Part shown: positions 46,669-55,490 of the stretch, in pieces
How positions within the stretch are numbered: the first letter of the stretch is position 1
How the letters are laid out: each line of letters opens with the position of its first letter
NCBI GenBank assembly: GCA_041738655.1
Contig: JBGSPJ010000169.1
Location: forward strand, 1-55,869
Source: Rhodothermales bacterium
GTDB taxonomy: Bacteria; Bacteroidota; Rhodothermia; Rhodothermales; JAHQVL01
DNA: 55,869 nucleotides
Direction: 5' to 3'
The notes under the pieces: generated by a model
The model's input: the letters and a program-made list of their open reading frames with translations, nothing else
Told to the model about the DNA's origin: nothing
The model's database searches: none
Translations under genes and position numbers: made by a program

Positions 46669-47166
46669 ATGGCGTTGCCGCCAACCGAGCCCTTCGCCGC
46701 CCCGGTGTTGCGCCAGAGCGGGGGATACAATTCCCACTACCTCCCTGTCCCACTGGAGATCGCCGACGCCTACAAGAGCGCCGGCGTGAAACGCGTCATC
46801 GCCACGCTTAATGGCAAACCCTTTAACCGCGCCATCCTGGGCAATGCGGATGGCGAACGGTTTCTGATCGTGGGCCTACCGATTCTGCGCGAAATCATGG
46901 CGCACCTGGGAGACATCGTCATGATCGAATTAAAGCCAGACCCGGAGCCCGATCGCATTGACCTGGGCATCGAATTTACCGAGGTACTGGAGATGGACGA
47001 GGAGGCGGCCGAGCGGTTTTATAGCTTTACCCCCGGTCACCAGAGATCCATGGCTTACTACGTCACCAGCGCCAAGCGTGAAGAGACACGCATCAAGCGA
47101 GCGCTCGAACTGGCGCATAAGCTGAGGACTCGTACGCTGTACGGCGACCGTAGTATCGACCCCTGA
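46669..47166 (+). CDS. DUF1905 + YdeI/OmpD-associated family protein
   Basis: SHYLPVPLEIADAYKSAGVKRVIATLNGKPFNRAI is DUF1905-like. FYSFTPGHQRSMAYYVTSAKREETRIKRA is a YdeI-like C-terminus. Confidence 0.6.
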   Translation: MALPPTEPFAAPVLRQSGGYNSHYLPVPLEIADAYKSAGVKRVIATLNGKPFNRAILGNADGERFLIVGLPILREIMAHLGDIVMIELKPDPEPDRIDLGIEFTEVLEMDEEAAERFYSFTPGHQRSMAYYVTSAKREETRIKRALELAHKLRTRTLYGDRSIDP

Positions 47167-47190
47167 ACACCGTTCGATCTGTCTCTGACG

Positions 47191-48423
47191 TCACGGCACG
47201 AAGAGCCGGTTTTCGGCGAGGCACTGTGTCAACTCGCGATAGACTTGCAGAATGCCTTCCTGTGCCGGCTTCTTGCCCAGGCGTCGCATGATCCTGCTAG
47301 ACAGCGATCCCTGCTTCAAAAGGGCCTCCAGGGCACGCACGGCTTCGGGCTCGATGTCGTTGCGGACGCTCTCGAAGAGATGCCGCCACAGACTGCCGGC
47401 GTCCGCTGAGCCGGCTGGAAGACCCATGGCCGCGAGGTAGGCCCTGTTCCGAATGACGGTATCTTCGCCGGTTCGGATCACATCCAGAAAAAGCGGCGCG
47501 AGATCGTCCTCGTGCCATTGCTTCTGGGACGCGTAATCTTCCCAGCGCTCCTGCACGAGCGCTCGCGTCACCGCCACGATCAAGCCAATGATGGCCATAT
47601 CGGCTGCCGGGCACTCCTGGATATCAACAATCCGAATCTCGATGGCGCTCCGATCGAATCGAGCGATGGCGCCCCGCGAATTCATGAACGTGGAGTGTAG
47701 AATCCCCTTGCTGTCGAACGGTACGACACCCTCTTGGATGGGCTCGTAGATGCGCGTATGGTAGTCGGCCCGGGTAAATACCGCCTCAGGGATCACCTTG
47801 CCGGCGATGGCGGGAATTCGTTTCTGATTGTGCCGGTACGTTTCCAGGCGGCTATCCGAGTAGCCCGTATAGGCGCCGTCCAGCAGCGGCGTACTCGCAC
47901 TCAACGCGGGAATAATGGGGAGCAGTAGTCGAATAGCCGCATGGAGCCGGCCAAATTCCTCGTCGCCATCGAAGGGTAGGTTGAGGTGCGTGCTTTGCAG
48001 ATTCGCCCAGCCATGACCCCTGCAGTCGAAGATCTCGTTGTACAGCTGATAGACTTCGTTGAACTCGTGCGGCCAGAGCACGGTCTCGCGGAAGGGGTCC
48101 ATCAGGGGGTGCGCCCCTGTCGGCATCAGCATGGCGCCGAACGAGGCCAGATCCGAGTTTACTTCCGTTATATTTGCCGCAAAAAGTCCTGACAGGCCGG
48201 ACAGCGTAGGCGTCGGCCCATTGGTCTTTAGCTCGATAACATGGTTGACCAACTCGTTCGACCAGCCGATGGGGCCGTTTTCAATATCGTCGTACGTTCC
48301 CGTGATGGCGTATAGAAGGGCGTCGACGATTGGGCGAACCGCAAGGGTCTCGCGATCCACGATCATGTATTCGAGTTCGACCCCGAAGGCCTCAAACAGG
48401 CCGAGGCGACGATTGGGCGACAT
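47191..48423 (-). CDS. Glutamate-cysteine ligase family 2 (GCS2) carboxylate-amine ligase
   Basis: LGLFEAFGVELEYMIVD at the N-terminus, and the overall pattern of the GCS2/YbdK-like COOH-NH2 ligases. The start overlaps the upstream ATP-grasp gene by 32 nt. Confidence 0.8.
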   Translation of the reverse strand: MSPNRRLGLFEAFGVELEYMIVDRETLAVRPIVDALLYAITGTYDDIENGPIGWSNELVNHVIELKTNGPTPTLSGLSGLFAANITEVNSDLASFGAMLMPTGAHPLMDPFRETVLWPHEFNEVYQLYNEIFDCRGHGWANLQSTHLNLPFDGDEEFGRLHAAIRLLLPIIPALSASTPLLDGAYTGYSDSRLETYRHNQKRIPAIAGKVIPEAVFTRADYHTRIYEPIQEGVVPFDSKGILHSTFMNSRGAIARFDRSAIEIRIVDIQECPAADMAIIGLIVAVTRALVQERWEDYASQKQWHEDDLAPLFLDVIRTGEDTVIRNRAYLAAMGLPAGSADAGSLWRHLFESVRNDIEPEAVRALEALLKQGSLSSRIMRRLGKKPAQEGILQVYRELTQCLAENRLFVP

Positions 48424-49891
48424 GTGCGATCCCGAGTTTAGCTTCTATGCGCGTCTTCAACGCCTGGATGATACGCACGTACAGCTCATCTTTGAGCACA
48501 TTGTCTTCGACACCGACATCGATGTTAGGGTTGTCGTTTACTTCGATCAGGTAGGGCTTCCCATCGATTTCTTTCAGATCGACCCCGAAGAGGCCGTCGC
48601 CGATCAGGTTGGTGGCCTTCAGAGCCGCCTCTACGATGGCCGGCGGGGCATGTTCTACCGGGATCGTTGCGTATTCGCCCATGATATCCTCCTTCTCCCC
48701 CTGCCAGTTGTAGATCTGCCAGTGCCCCTTTGCCATAAAATACTGGCAGGCAAACAGCGGCTTACCGTCTAAGATGCCTATCCGCCAGTCGAAATTCGTC
48801 GGCAGATACTCCTGTGCGATGACCAACTCGGATTCGCTGAGCATCCGATCGACCTCGGCCTTGAGCTGGGCCGGCGTTTCTACCTTCTTCACGCCCACCG
48901 AAAACGATGAATCCGGGAGCTTCAGTACACACGGAAGTCCCAGTTCTTTTTCCAGCGTGTCCAGATTGTCTGCGTGAACGATGATTGTTTTCGGGGTCTG
49001 AATCTTCGCCAGTTGGAGCACCTCTGCCAGGTACACCTTGTTCGCGCAGCGTAGGATGGCCTTGGGGGTGTCGATTACGGCCATCCCCTCCGAGGTCGCC
49101 CGGCTTGCAAACCGGTACGTGTGGTGATCCACTGCTGTCGTTTCGCGGATGAACAACGCGTCGAATTCGCCGATACGACTGTAGTCGTCCCGCGTGATCA
49201 ATTCTACGCTGAAGCCCAGCTTTTCGGCCGCGTCGACAAACTTCTGGAGGGCTTTAGGATCCGATGGGGGCGACTTTTCCTCCGGATTTACCAGGATGGC
49301 GAGGTCGTACATAAACTCATTGACCTTCGCCTTGTCGTACCGCTTTTTCGCGAAGTACTGGCGCGCCGTCTGCTGGACAAACTCGAAGTGGTTGTCTGGA
49401 ATTTCGCTGCGGTCGATCGCGCGAATGCTCTGCAGAATCCACTTTTTCAGACTCTTACTCCACGTAAACCGGGCGCGCAGCAGCGGCGCCTGGAACAGTT
49501 TGTACAGTTCGAGGCTGAGTCGGTCGTGTTGCGTGGCGACGTTTTTGCCGAAGTAGATGCTCAGCACGAATTCCTCCCCCTTGATCCGTCGCAGACTTCG
49601 TTGGATGAGATCGTCCAATTCGTCGGACTCCACACGCACCACCGAAGGATTTTTGAGGTCCTGGATGGTTTTTACGTTTGGAATCACCTTGTGACCGCGC
49701 GCCTCGGCGAGCAGGGAGACGTAATAACCGCGCGACTGGTAACTGTAGCTCCGGCACAGGTTAAACACCCGAACGTTCTTGAGCGCAGCGAATTCGGGAT
49801 TGGTCAGGTATTGCTTGGCGGACACAACCTCGACGCCTGGCACATTGAGCGTCCAGAGTTTTGGGTAGTGTACTACGACGAGCTTTTTCAT
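48392..49891 (-). CDS. RimK-type ATP-grasp ligase with RLAN (RimK-like ATP-grasp N-terminal) domain
   Basis: The N-terminal 200 aa (VFNLCRSYSYQSRGYYVSLLAEARGHKVIPNVKTIQDL) match the RLAN domain. ATP-grasp part: LGLPCVLKLPDSSFSVGVKKV, VIAQEYLPTNFDWRIGILDGKPLFACQYFM, GVDLKEIDGKPYLIEVNDNPNID. Confidence 0.85.
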   Translation of the reverse strand: MKKLVVVHYPKLWTLNVPGVEVVSAKQYLTNPEFAALKNVRVFNLCRSYSYQSRGYYVSLLAEARGHKVIPNVKTIQDLKNPSVVRVESDELDDLIQRSLRRIKGEEFVLSIYFGKNVATQHDRLSLELYKLFQAPLLRARFTWSKSLKKWILQSIRAIDRSEIPDNHFEFVQQTARQYFAKKRYDKAKVNEFMYDLAILVNPEEKSPPSDPKALQKFVDAAEKLGFSVELITRDDYSRIGEFDALFIRETTAVDHHTYRFASRATSEGMAVIDTPKAILRCANKVYLAEVLQLAKIQTPKTIIVHADNLDTLEKELGLPCVLKLPDSSFSVGVKKVETPAQLKAEVDRMLSESELVIAQEYLPTNFDWRIGILDGKPLFACQYFMAKGHWQIYNWQGEKEDIMGEYATIPVEHAPPAIVEAALKATNLIGDGLFGVDLKEIDGKPYLIEVNDNPNIDVGVEDNVLKDELYVRIIQALKTRIEAKLGIAHVAQSSPRPV

Positions 49892-50667
49892 GGAGAAGAG
49901 AGCGGGGATATCATCAACAGATTGGCATCGTACGTCACGACGCCCAGCATGATGGCATTCATGAGACGATTCAGGCCAACCTTATAATAGCTCTGCCCCG
50001 TGAGAGGGTTTCGCTTGTAAGGATCCGCAACGATTACGGAGCCATTTTCGAAGCCACAGAGCACCACGAAGTGGCCCATAGGCTCCCCCTTCAGATCATC
50101 GTATACAGACTGATCGAGTTGGTTGGTGTACTCGCGGGTACAGGCGTACAAGTAGGTAGCACTCAGGCCGGCGAGGATCGGGAGCCGGCGATCGAAATAA
50201 CGTCGCAACAGATCGTGTGTCAGGTCCTCAAACAAGAAGCTACCGCCGGCCTCCAGAAAGGAGATATAAGCCTCCGTGGTCGCCTTAAACTTCTTGCCGG
50301 TCTTGTAACGCAACTGGTCTTTCAGTTTCTGGATTAGCGTTTCATTTGGCAACGAATCCCAACTTGGATCCAGAATCCTGAGATTGTACGAATAGATCTG
50401 GGCCTGAAACCCGCGTCGGAGTGCATCCAGTCCAAGAAACACAGCCAGCGTCCCCCCTTCTTCCAGATTTTCAACCGAGGCGATCACATCGTCGAGCTGG
50501 ATAGGATCGCCGAAATACTCATACACCGCCTGTAAACTCGTCGGACCGCACGTCACGTCGTCGGGCTGTTCGAGCATCTTGATGTCGAGCACCGGAGAGA
50601 AAGGCATATCGATGAATAAGGGGTGGCTTAGGTTCGGATCAATCGTAGCGGCCCACCAATGTTCCAC
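49888..50667 (-). CDS. Papain-fold cysteine peptidase, C39-like
   Basis: EQPDDVTCGPTSLQAVYEYF carries the catalytic Cys context, and GHFVVLCGFENGSVIVADPY the His/Asp context. 4-nt overlap with the downstream ATP-grasp gene. The start could be the ATG at 50607. Confidence 0.65.
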   Translation of the reverse strand: MEHWWAATIDPNLSHPLFIDMPFSPVLDIKMLEQPDDVTCGPTSLQAVYEYFGDPIQLDDVIASVENLEEGGTLAVFLGLDALRRGFQAQIYSYNLRILDPSWDSLPNETLIQKLKDQLRYKTGKKFKATTEAYISFLEAGGSFLFEDLTHDLLRRYFDRRLPILAGLSATYLYACTREYTNQLDQSVYDDLKGEPMGHFVVLCGFENGSVIVADPYKRNPLTGQSYYKVGLNRLMNAIMLGVVTYDANLLMISPLSSP

Positions 50668-50846
50668 GGATACGCGCGTCTACGACTTCCGGATGTTCAT
50701 GGCCTGCGTGCAGTATGATGTAAAGAAAATAAAAACAATGAGTTAACTACGCGAGATGTATTCCCTACACCTTTCCCATATTGAAGATAAGCCGGTCGTT
50801 GGCACAGCCCACTGAACGGAGTGTCCATGCATGCTCGCGTTCGATC

Positions 50847-51338
50847 TTAGTCCGTTAGTGTGCGCCTGAAGTAGAGCGCGCCCGTACTCGGGTCGGTTGT
50901 GGTGTAGGGTGGGATGCGATGGAAGCCGAGCGACTCGTACAGAGCGATAGCGGAGGTCATGGACGGAAGCGTATCCAGACGCATTTCCTGATAACCCAGC
51001 ACCCGAGCGCGTTCGATGAACCGTTCAACGAGAAGCCGGCCGAGGTGTTGGCCTCTGAACGCGGGCCGCACATAGACGCGTTTGAGTTCACAGACACTCT
51101 CCGACAGAGGTCGTAGCGCCGCACAGGCCGCCGGCTCCCCATCCCATTCCACCAGGACCAGCACACCGGTTGGCGGGGCGTACCGCCCCGGCAAGGCGTT
51201 GAGTTCTGCCTCGAACGACTGAAAGCAGGCTTCTGCATCAACCTCCGCGCGATATTCGAGAAACAGGGTCCGGACCACGTCCAGATACGGCGAAAGGTGC
51301 GCGGGTATAAACTCGGCTTGCCGGGGCGGTGGCTTCAT
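50847..51338 (-). CDS. GNAT family N-acetyltransferase
   Basis: LKRVYVRPAFRGQHLGRLLVERFIERARVLGYQEMRLDT is the acetyl-CoA binding motif A (R/Q-x-x-G-x-G/A). Confidence 0.8.
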   Translation of the reverse strand: MKPPPRQAEFIPAHLSPYLDVVRTLFLEYRAEVDAEACFQSFEAELNALPGRYAPPTGVLVLVEWDGEPAACAALRPLSESVCELKRVYVRPAFRGQHLGRLLVERFIERARVLGYQEMRLDTLPSMTSAIALYESLGFHRIPPYTTTDPSTGALYFRRTLTD

Positions 51339-51350
51339 ACGTGCAACAGA

Positions 51351-52850
51351 TTAGCGTGGGATCTTCAGTTTGACGCCCGGTCCGATCGGGGTATCGAGGT
51401 TAACCTGATTCATGATGGCGATATCCAGATCGCTAAACCCGCGCGGGAGTGGGTTGGGCAGAAACGTGCTGAAGGCACCACTCCGGGTTGTCGTGATCAG
51501 GTCGATTCGCGTGGGCTGAACATTGATCTTTTTCTGGTCCGTCAGCGTCTTGAATCCGCCGAAGGTCGTTTGAAACGCGGGCGCATACGTATCGAAGTCG
51601 GCAGCGGCGGCATATCCCAGGAAGGAGTAGACCGTGCCGCCGTATTCGACGTACCGTTGTTTGAGCTGGAATTCCGAGCCGTCTTCAGCTGCGGCTTTGG
51701 CGAGGATCTCGTAGGAGGCCAGCCCATTGGTTGTCGCGGCACCCTGATTAATGACCGTAATGCCCTCTTGAGCGGCGAATTTGGCGCCGGCGTCGCGCGC
51801 TGTACTTACGTCTTGCGCGAGCGAGAAGACGATAATGGCCTTCTGATTGGGCTCGAGGACGACGACGCGCGTGGGTTGGTTAATCAACTGAAAGCCTGCA
51901 GGATACGGAAACTGGAATTTGAGGGTGGGATGGTAGAATACGCTGTTTTCCGCATACCCCTGGCGTGGATCATCTCCGACGACAAGGTCATCGAGCAGGC
52001 TTAGATAGCTGTCGCGTTCGACCTTATCCATGGTGTACTGCTGGGCCCATTCGGATGCCATCCGCTGGATGGTGGCTTCGCGTTCGCCCGGATCCGGGTG
52101 GGTGGACATGAAACTGGGGATACTTTGACCTGATTTTTCCTGCATCCGGAGGAGCGAACGAAAGAATCGGGCGCCCTCGCCCGATTCATACCCCAGCACA
52201 GACGCATATTGGACACCGAGATCGTCTGATTCGCGTTCGTCGTCTCGCCCATACCGCAGGAAGAGCATGCCGGCGGCTGAGCCGGCGGTATTGAGCACGC
52301 TCTCCGCCGCGTTTCCGCCAAAGATCGATTGTGCCCCGACGGCGCCAACGATAAGTCCGAGCTGCCCGATCTGCTGCTGCGCGGCGCGCTTGGAGGCGTG
52401 GCGACCCACGACGTGACCGATTTCATGGCCCAGCACGACGGCCAGCTGCGCTTCGTTATCCAGATAAGAAAGGAGGCCGCGCGTCACATAGACATAACCG
52501 CCGGGCAGTGCGAACGCATTCACGACGGGGCTATCGAGCACGCGAAACGTGAAGGCCGTGTTTTTCATCTCGGCCGGTGTATCCGCGCGGCGAAGGTGGC
52601 TCACGGCCAGCAGTTCCTGGCCGAGCTTTTCGACATACGCCGAGATTTGGGCGTTTTCATATACGCCATATTCGGCTACGATGGCGGGGTCGGATTCCTT
52701 GCCGATCTGCACTTCCTGCCCCCAGGTGTACCCGAACGCTCGTTTGTTGCCAGTGACCAGACTCTGTTCCACCGAAACGCATCCGGAGAACAGGACCATA
52801 AGTAGCAGGAGGACCAGCGGCATGCGTGATGTCATGAATAGTGTGTTCAT
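51351..52850 (-). CDS. M48-family zinc metallopeptidase lipoprotein
   Basis: Start moved to the ATG at 52850 (MNTLFMTSRMPLVLLLLMVLFSGC lipobox). HEIGHVVGRH is the HExxH motif. Typical FALPGGYVYVTRGLL. Confidence 0.85.
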   Translation of the reverse strand: MNTLFMTSRMPLVLLLLMVLFSGCVSVEQSLVTGNKRAFGYTWGQEVQIGKESDPAIVAEYGVYENAQISAYVEKLGQELLAVSHLRRADTPAEMKNTAFTFRVLDSPVVNAFALPGGYVYVTRGLLSYLDNEAQLAVVLGHEIGHVVGRHASKRAAQQQIGQLGLIVGAVGAQSIFGGNAAESVLNTAGSAAGMLFLRYGRDDERESDDLGVQYASVLGYESGEGARFFRSLLRMQEKSGQSIPSFMSTHPDPGEREATIQRMASEWAQQYTMDKVERDSYLSLLDDLVVGDDPRQGYAENSVFYHPTLKFQFPYPAGFQLINQPTRVVVLEPNQKAIIVFSLAQDVSTARDAGAKFAAQEGITVINQGAATTNGLASYEILAKAAAEDGSEFQLKQRYVEYGGTVYSFLGYAAAADFDTYAPAFQTTFGGFKTLTDQKKINVQPTRIDLITTTRSGAFSTFLPNPLPRGFSDLDIAIMNQVNLDTPIGPGVKLKIPR

Positions 52851-53050
52851 GTGTTCGTTGACCCCGTTTCGTATCAAGTAATAGTGCTTATCCGTAGGAT
52901 AATCTGCCGGTTGGGTGGCAGTACAACAGTACCAGTTGGCGTGTGCGATGCGTGCTGGAGCCTTGGGTCCTGCGCCATGTATCTCATTCGCCTGCGCCCT
53001 CTATGCTGCAGAAAACGGTTTCGTCGCCGATATGTTCGCCAGCGAACGGC

Positions 53051-54205
53051 CTACGCACAGGCGGCGGGCGGTGAGATCGGGGTTACCGAACCCCGGTCAA
53101 CCCGCTGAAGGCGGTGTGCGGGCTGGTCAAAGGGTATATGTTCGACAAACATTGCGTCGCCCGTCGCGGTAATGATCGACTGCCCGACGGATCCGTTGGT
53201 AAGGAGATCGAGGACGATTTCCGTACGCCGGGCATCGAGGCTGCCGAACAGGTCGTCCAGCAACAGGATAGGCTCTTCCCCCAGTTGTTGTTTCAGGTAA
53301 AAGTATTGGGCCAAGCGGAGGGCGAGGCCAAAGAGCCGGTGTTGTCCCTGCGAGGCGTATGGCCTTACCTCGAGTTCATTGAGGCGGAACACGAGTTCAT
53401 CGTGGTGCGGCCCCGCGAGTGTGCGCCCTATTTCGCGTTCTCGCCGGCTTACCCGCTCCAGTTTTTGGGCGAACAGCGGCACAATGTCGTCTACCGTCGA
53501 CGTGAAATCCACGGGGGCCAGGGTTTCGTACTGGACCTCGGGGCGCTCCCCGACGGCCTCTATGAGGGCATAGGCTTCCTCCATGAAGGCCAAAAAAGCC
53601 CGGATGAATCGCAGCCGACCAAAGATGATGCGGCTCCCCAACTGTATGAGTTCGGCGTCCCACGAAGCCAGCAACCCGGCCGGCATGGCGCTCCGGCGAT
53701 ACCGCTGTAGGAGTCCGTTCCGCTGCTTGAGCGCGCGCCGATAGTTCATCAGATCGTCCAGATACACGGGGCGCGCCTGGCTCAGGATGTTGTCCATGAA
53801 ACGGCGCCGCACCTCCGGACCTTCCGCCGTCAGATCATGGTCGCCCGGCGCCGCAATCACCACGGGGAATTGGCCGGCGATTTCCGAAAGCCGTTCCAGC
53901 GGGGCGCCGTTGATGAGTACGCGTTTCCCTTCTTGTGGCGAGAAGACGATGCGTGCGCGAATATGGCTTCGTTGCGAGCTCGAAAAGGAGCCCTCGACTT
54001 CAAAAAATGGCGCTCCTGTTTGGAGTGCGTAGGCATCCCGACTGGCCAGAAAACTTTTGGTGAGACACAGATAGTGAATCGCCTCCAGGATATTGGTTTT
54101 CCCTGCCCCATTTGGCCCAAAGAACACGTTCACCCCGGATGATAATTCGATGCGCGTCTCCAGGTGAGCCCGAAAGGAGACCATGCGGAGGGTGTTAAGG
54201 ACCAT
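53051..54205 (-). CDS. recF: DNA replication and repair protein RecF
   Basis: LRMVSFRAHLETRIELSSGVNVFFGPNGAGKTNILEAIHYL carries the Walker A motif. ASQGQHRLFGLALRLAQ is the signature motif. LLLDDLFGSLD is Walker B. Confidence 0.9.
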   Translation of the reverse strand: MVLNTLRMVSFRAHLETRIELSSGVNVFFGPNGAGKTNILEAIHYLCLTKSFLASRDAYALQTGAPFFEVEGSFSSSQRSHIRARIVFSPQEGKRVLINGAPLERLSEIAGQFPVVIAAPGDHDLTAEGPEVRRRFMDNILSQARPVYLDDLMNYRRALKQRNGLLQRYRRSAMPAGLLASWDAELIQLGSRIIFGRLRFIRAFLAFMEEAYALIEAVGERPEVQYETLAPVDFTSTVDDIVPLFAQKLERVSRREREIGRTLAGPHHDELVFRLNELEVRPYASQGQHRLFGLALRLAQYFYLKQQLGEEPILLLDDLFGSLDARRTEIVLDLLTNGSVGQSIITATGDAMFVEHIPFDQPAHRLQRVDRGSVTPISPPAACA

Positions 54206-54324
54206 GGTTCGCGAATTTGACCGGACTCTTTCTTCCGGATCTACGTCTACGGTGTCACGTTCCAGGGGGGCCGGCCAAACGAGCCGCCTTCCCCGGCTAC
54301 TAGCAGAAGATACAACAGCCCATC

Positions 54325-55242
54325 ATGCCCATCCCTACACTTTTCGATCAACTAAAGACCCTCGCCACCGAGCAGCGCAATCCCCTTTCGGCCCAGATAG
54401 ACACCGCCAGCACGATGGAGATTCTGGAGATCATCAACACCGAGGACCACCTGGTTCCGATCGCTGTACGCCGAGAGTTGCCCCATATCGCGCGGGCGGT
54501 TGACCTGGTGGTGGCTGCGATTCGGCAGGGCGGCCGGCTTCTGTATGTGGGAGCTGGCACGAGCGGCCGACTGGGTATTCTGGATGCCTCCGAGTGCCCG
54601 CCGACGTTTGGCACGCCGGCCGAACTGGTACAGGGCGTGATCGCCGGTGGGGAGCGCGCCGTCTTTTCTTCGCAGGAGGGCGCCGAAGATCGAGAGGAAG
54701 ACGGCGCGCGCGACCTGGAATCCCGATCCCTACGCCCGGTCGACGTAGTGTGCGGCATCGCGGCAAGCCAGCGAACTCCTTACGTTATCGGCGCCGTCAA
54801 ACACGCCCGCCGCCTCGGCTGCACGACCCTCTTTGTTACCTGCGTCCCCCGAGCCGCCTTTTCTCTGGATGTGGATGTCGCCATCTGCCCTTATGTGGGC
54901 CCCGAGGTTGTAATGGGCTCCACCCGCATGAAAAGCGGCACGGCACAGAAGCTGGTGCTGAACATGATTACCACGGCCGCCATGATCCGTCTCGGAAAGG
55001 TATACGAGAACATGATGGTGGATCTCCAGATGACCAACGCCAAGCTCGTCGAACGGTCGAAGCGAACCGTAATGCTCGTGACGGACGTTGACTACGACGA
55101 AGCTTCTCGCCTCCTCGATGCGGCCGACGGACACGTCAAGACGGCCCTGGTCATGCACCTCGCCAGCGTCTCCGCACCCGAGGCCCACAATCGACTCAGC
55201 CGTGCCGACGGCTTCGTGCGCCTCGCGGTCGCGCCGGCTTGA
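54325..55242 (+). CDS. murQ: N-acetylmuramic acid 6-phosphate etherase
   Basis: LATEQRNPLSAQIDTASTMEILEIINTED and GRLLYVGAGTSGRLGILDASECPPTFG are the SIS domain and MurQ signature. Confidence 0.9.
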   Translation: MPIPTLFDQLKTLATEQRNPLSAQIDTASTMEILEIINTEDHLVPIAVRRELPHIARAVDLVVAAIRQGGRLLYVGAGTSGRLGILDASECPPTFGTPAELVQGVIAGGERAVFSSQEGAEDREEDGARDLESRSLRPVDVVCGIAASQRTPYVIGAVKHARRLGCTTLFVTCVPRAAFSLDVDVAICPYVGPEVVMGSTRMKSGTAQKLVLNMITTAAMIRLGKVYENMMVDLQMTNAKLVERSKRTVMLVTDVDYDEASRLLDAADGHVKTALVMHLASVSAPEAHNRLSRADGFVRLAVAPA

Positions 55243-55243
55243 C

Positions 55244-55259
55244 GTTCCACGTGGAACAC
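55244..55259. repeat. Copy 1 of 16-nt GTTCCACGTGGAACAC (perfect 14-bp palindrome GTTCCACGTGGAAC)
   Basis: Read directly from the sequence. Begins 2 nt after the murQ stop codon. Confidence 0.9.
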
Positions 55260-55336
55260 GGGGCGCTACGCGTCGACCAGACTAAACACGGACTTGCTCC
55301 GGCACCAGGCTAACACGCACATCACCACTTCTACCT

Positions 55337-55352
55337 GTTCCACGTGGAACAC
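55337..55352. repeat. Copy 2 of 16-nt GTTCCACGTGGAACAC
   Basis: An identical 16-mer, 93 nt downstream of copy 1 and 139 nt upstream of the candidate mfd start. Confidence 0.9.
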
Positions 55353-55490
55353 TCGAGGATCTTCGCCGGAATCTTCCGGGAGGCGACAACGTTGGAGGCA
55401 CCGCACGCCGTAGCCGCCAGAAAGGAGGTTACGGCCTTTCCCCGTTGCCCCTGACGCTCCTGTCAGTCTCCGAAGAGAGAGGATTCCGCG

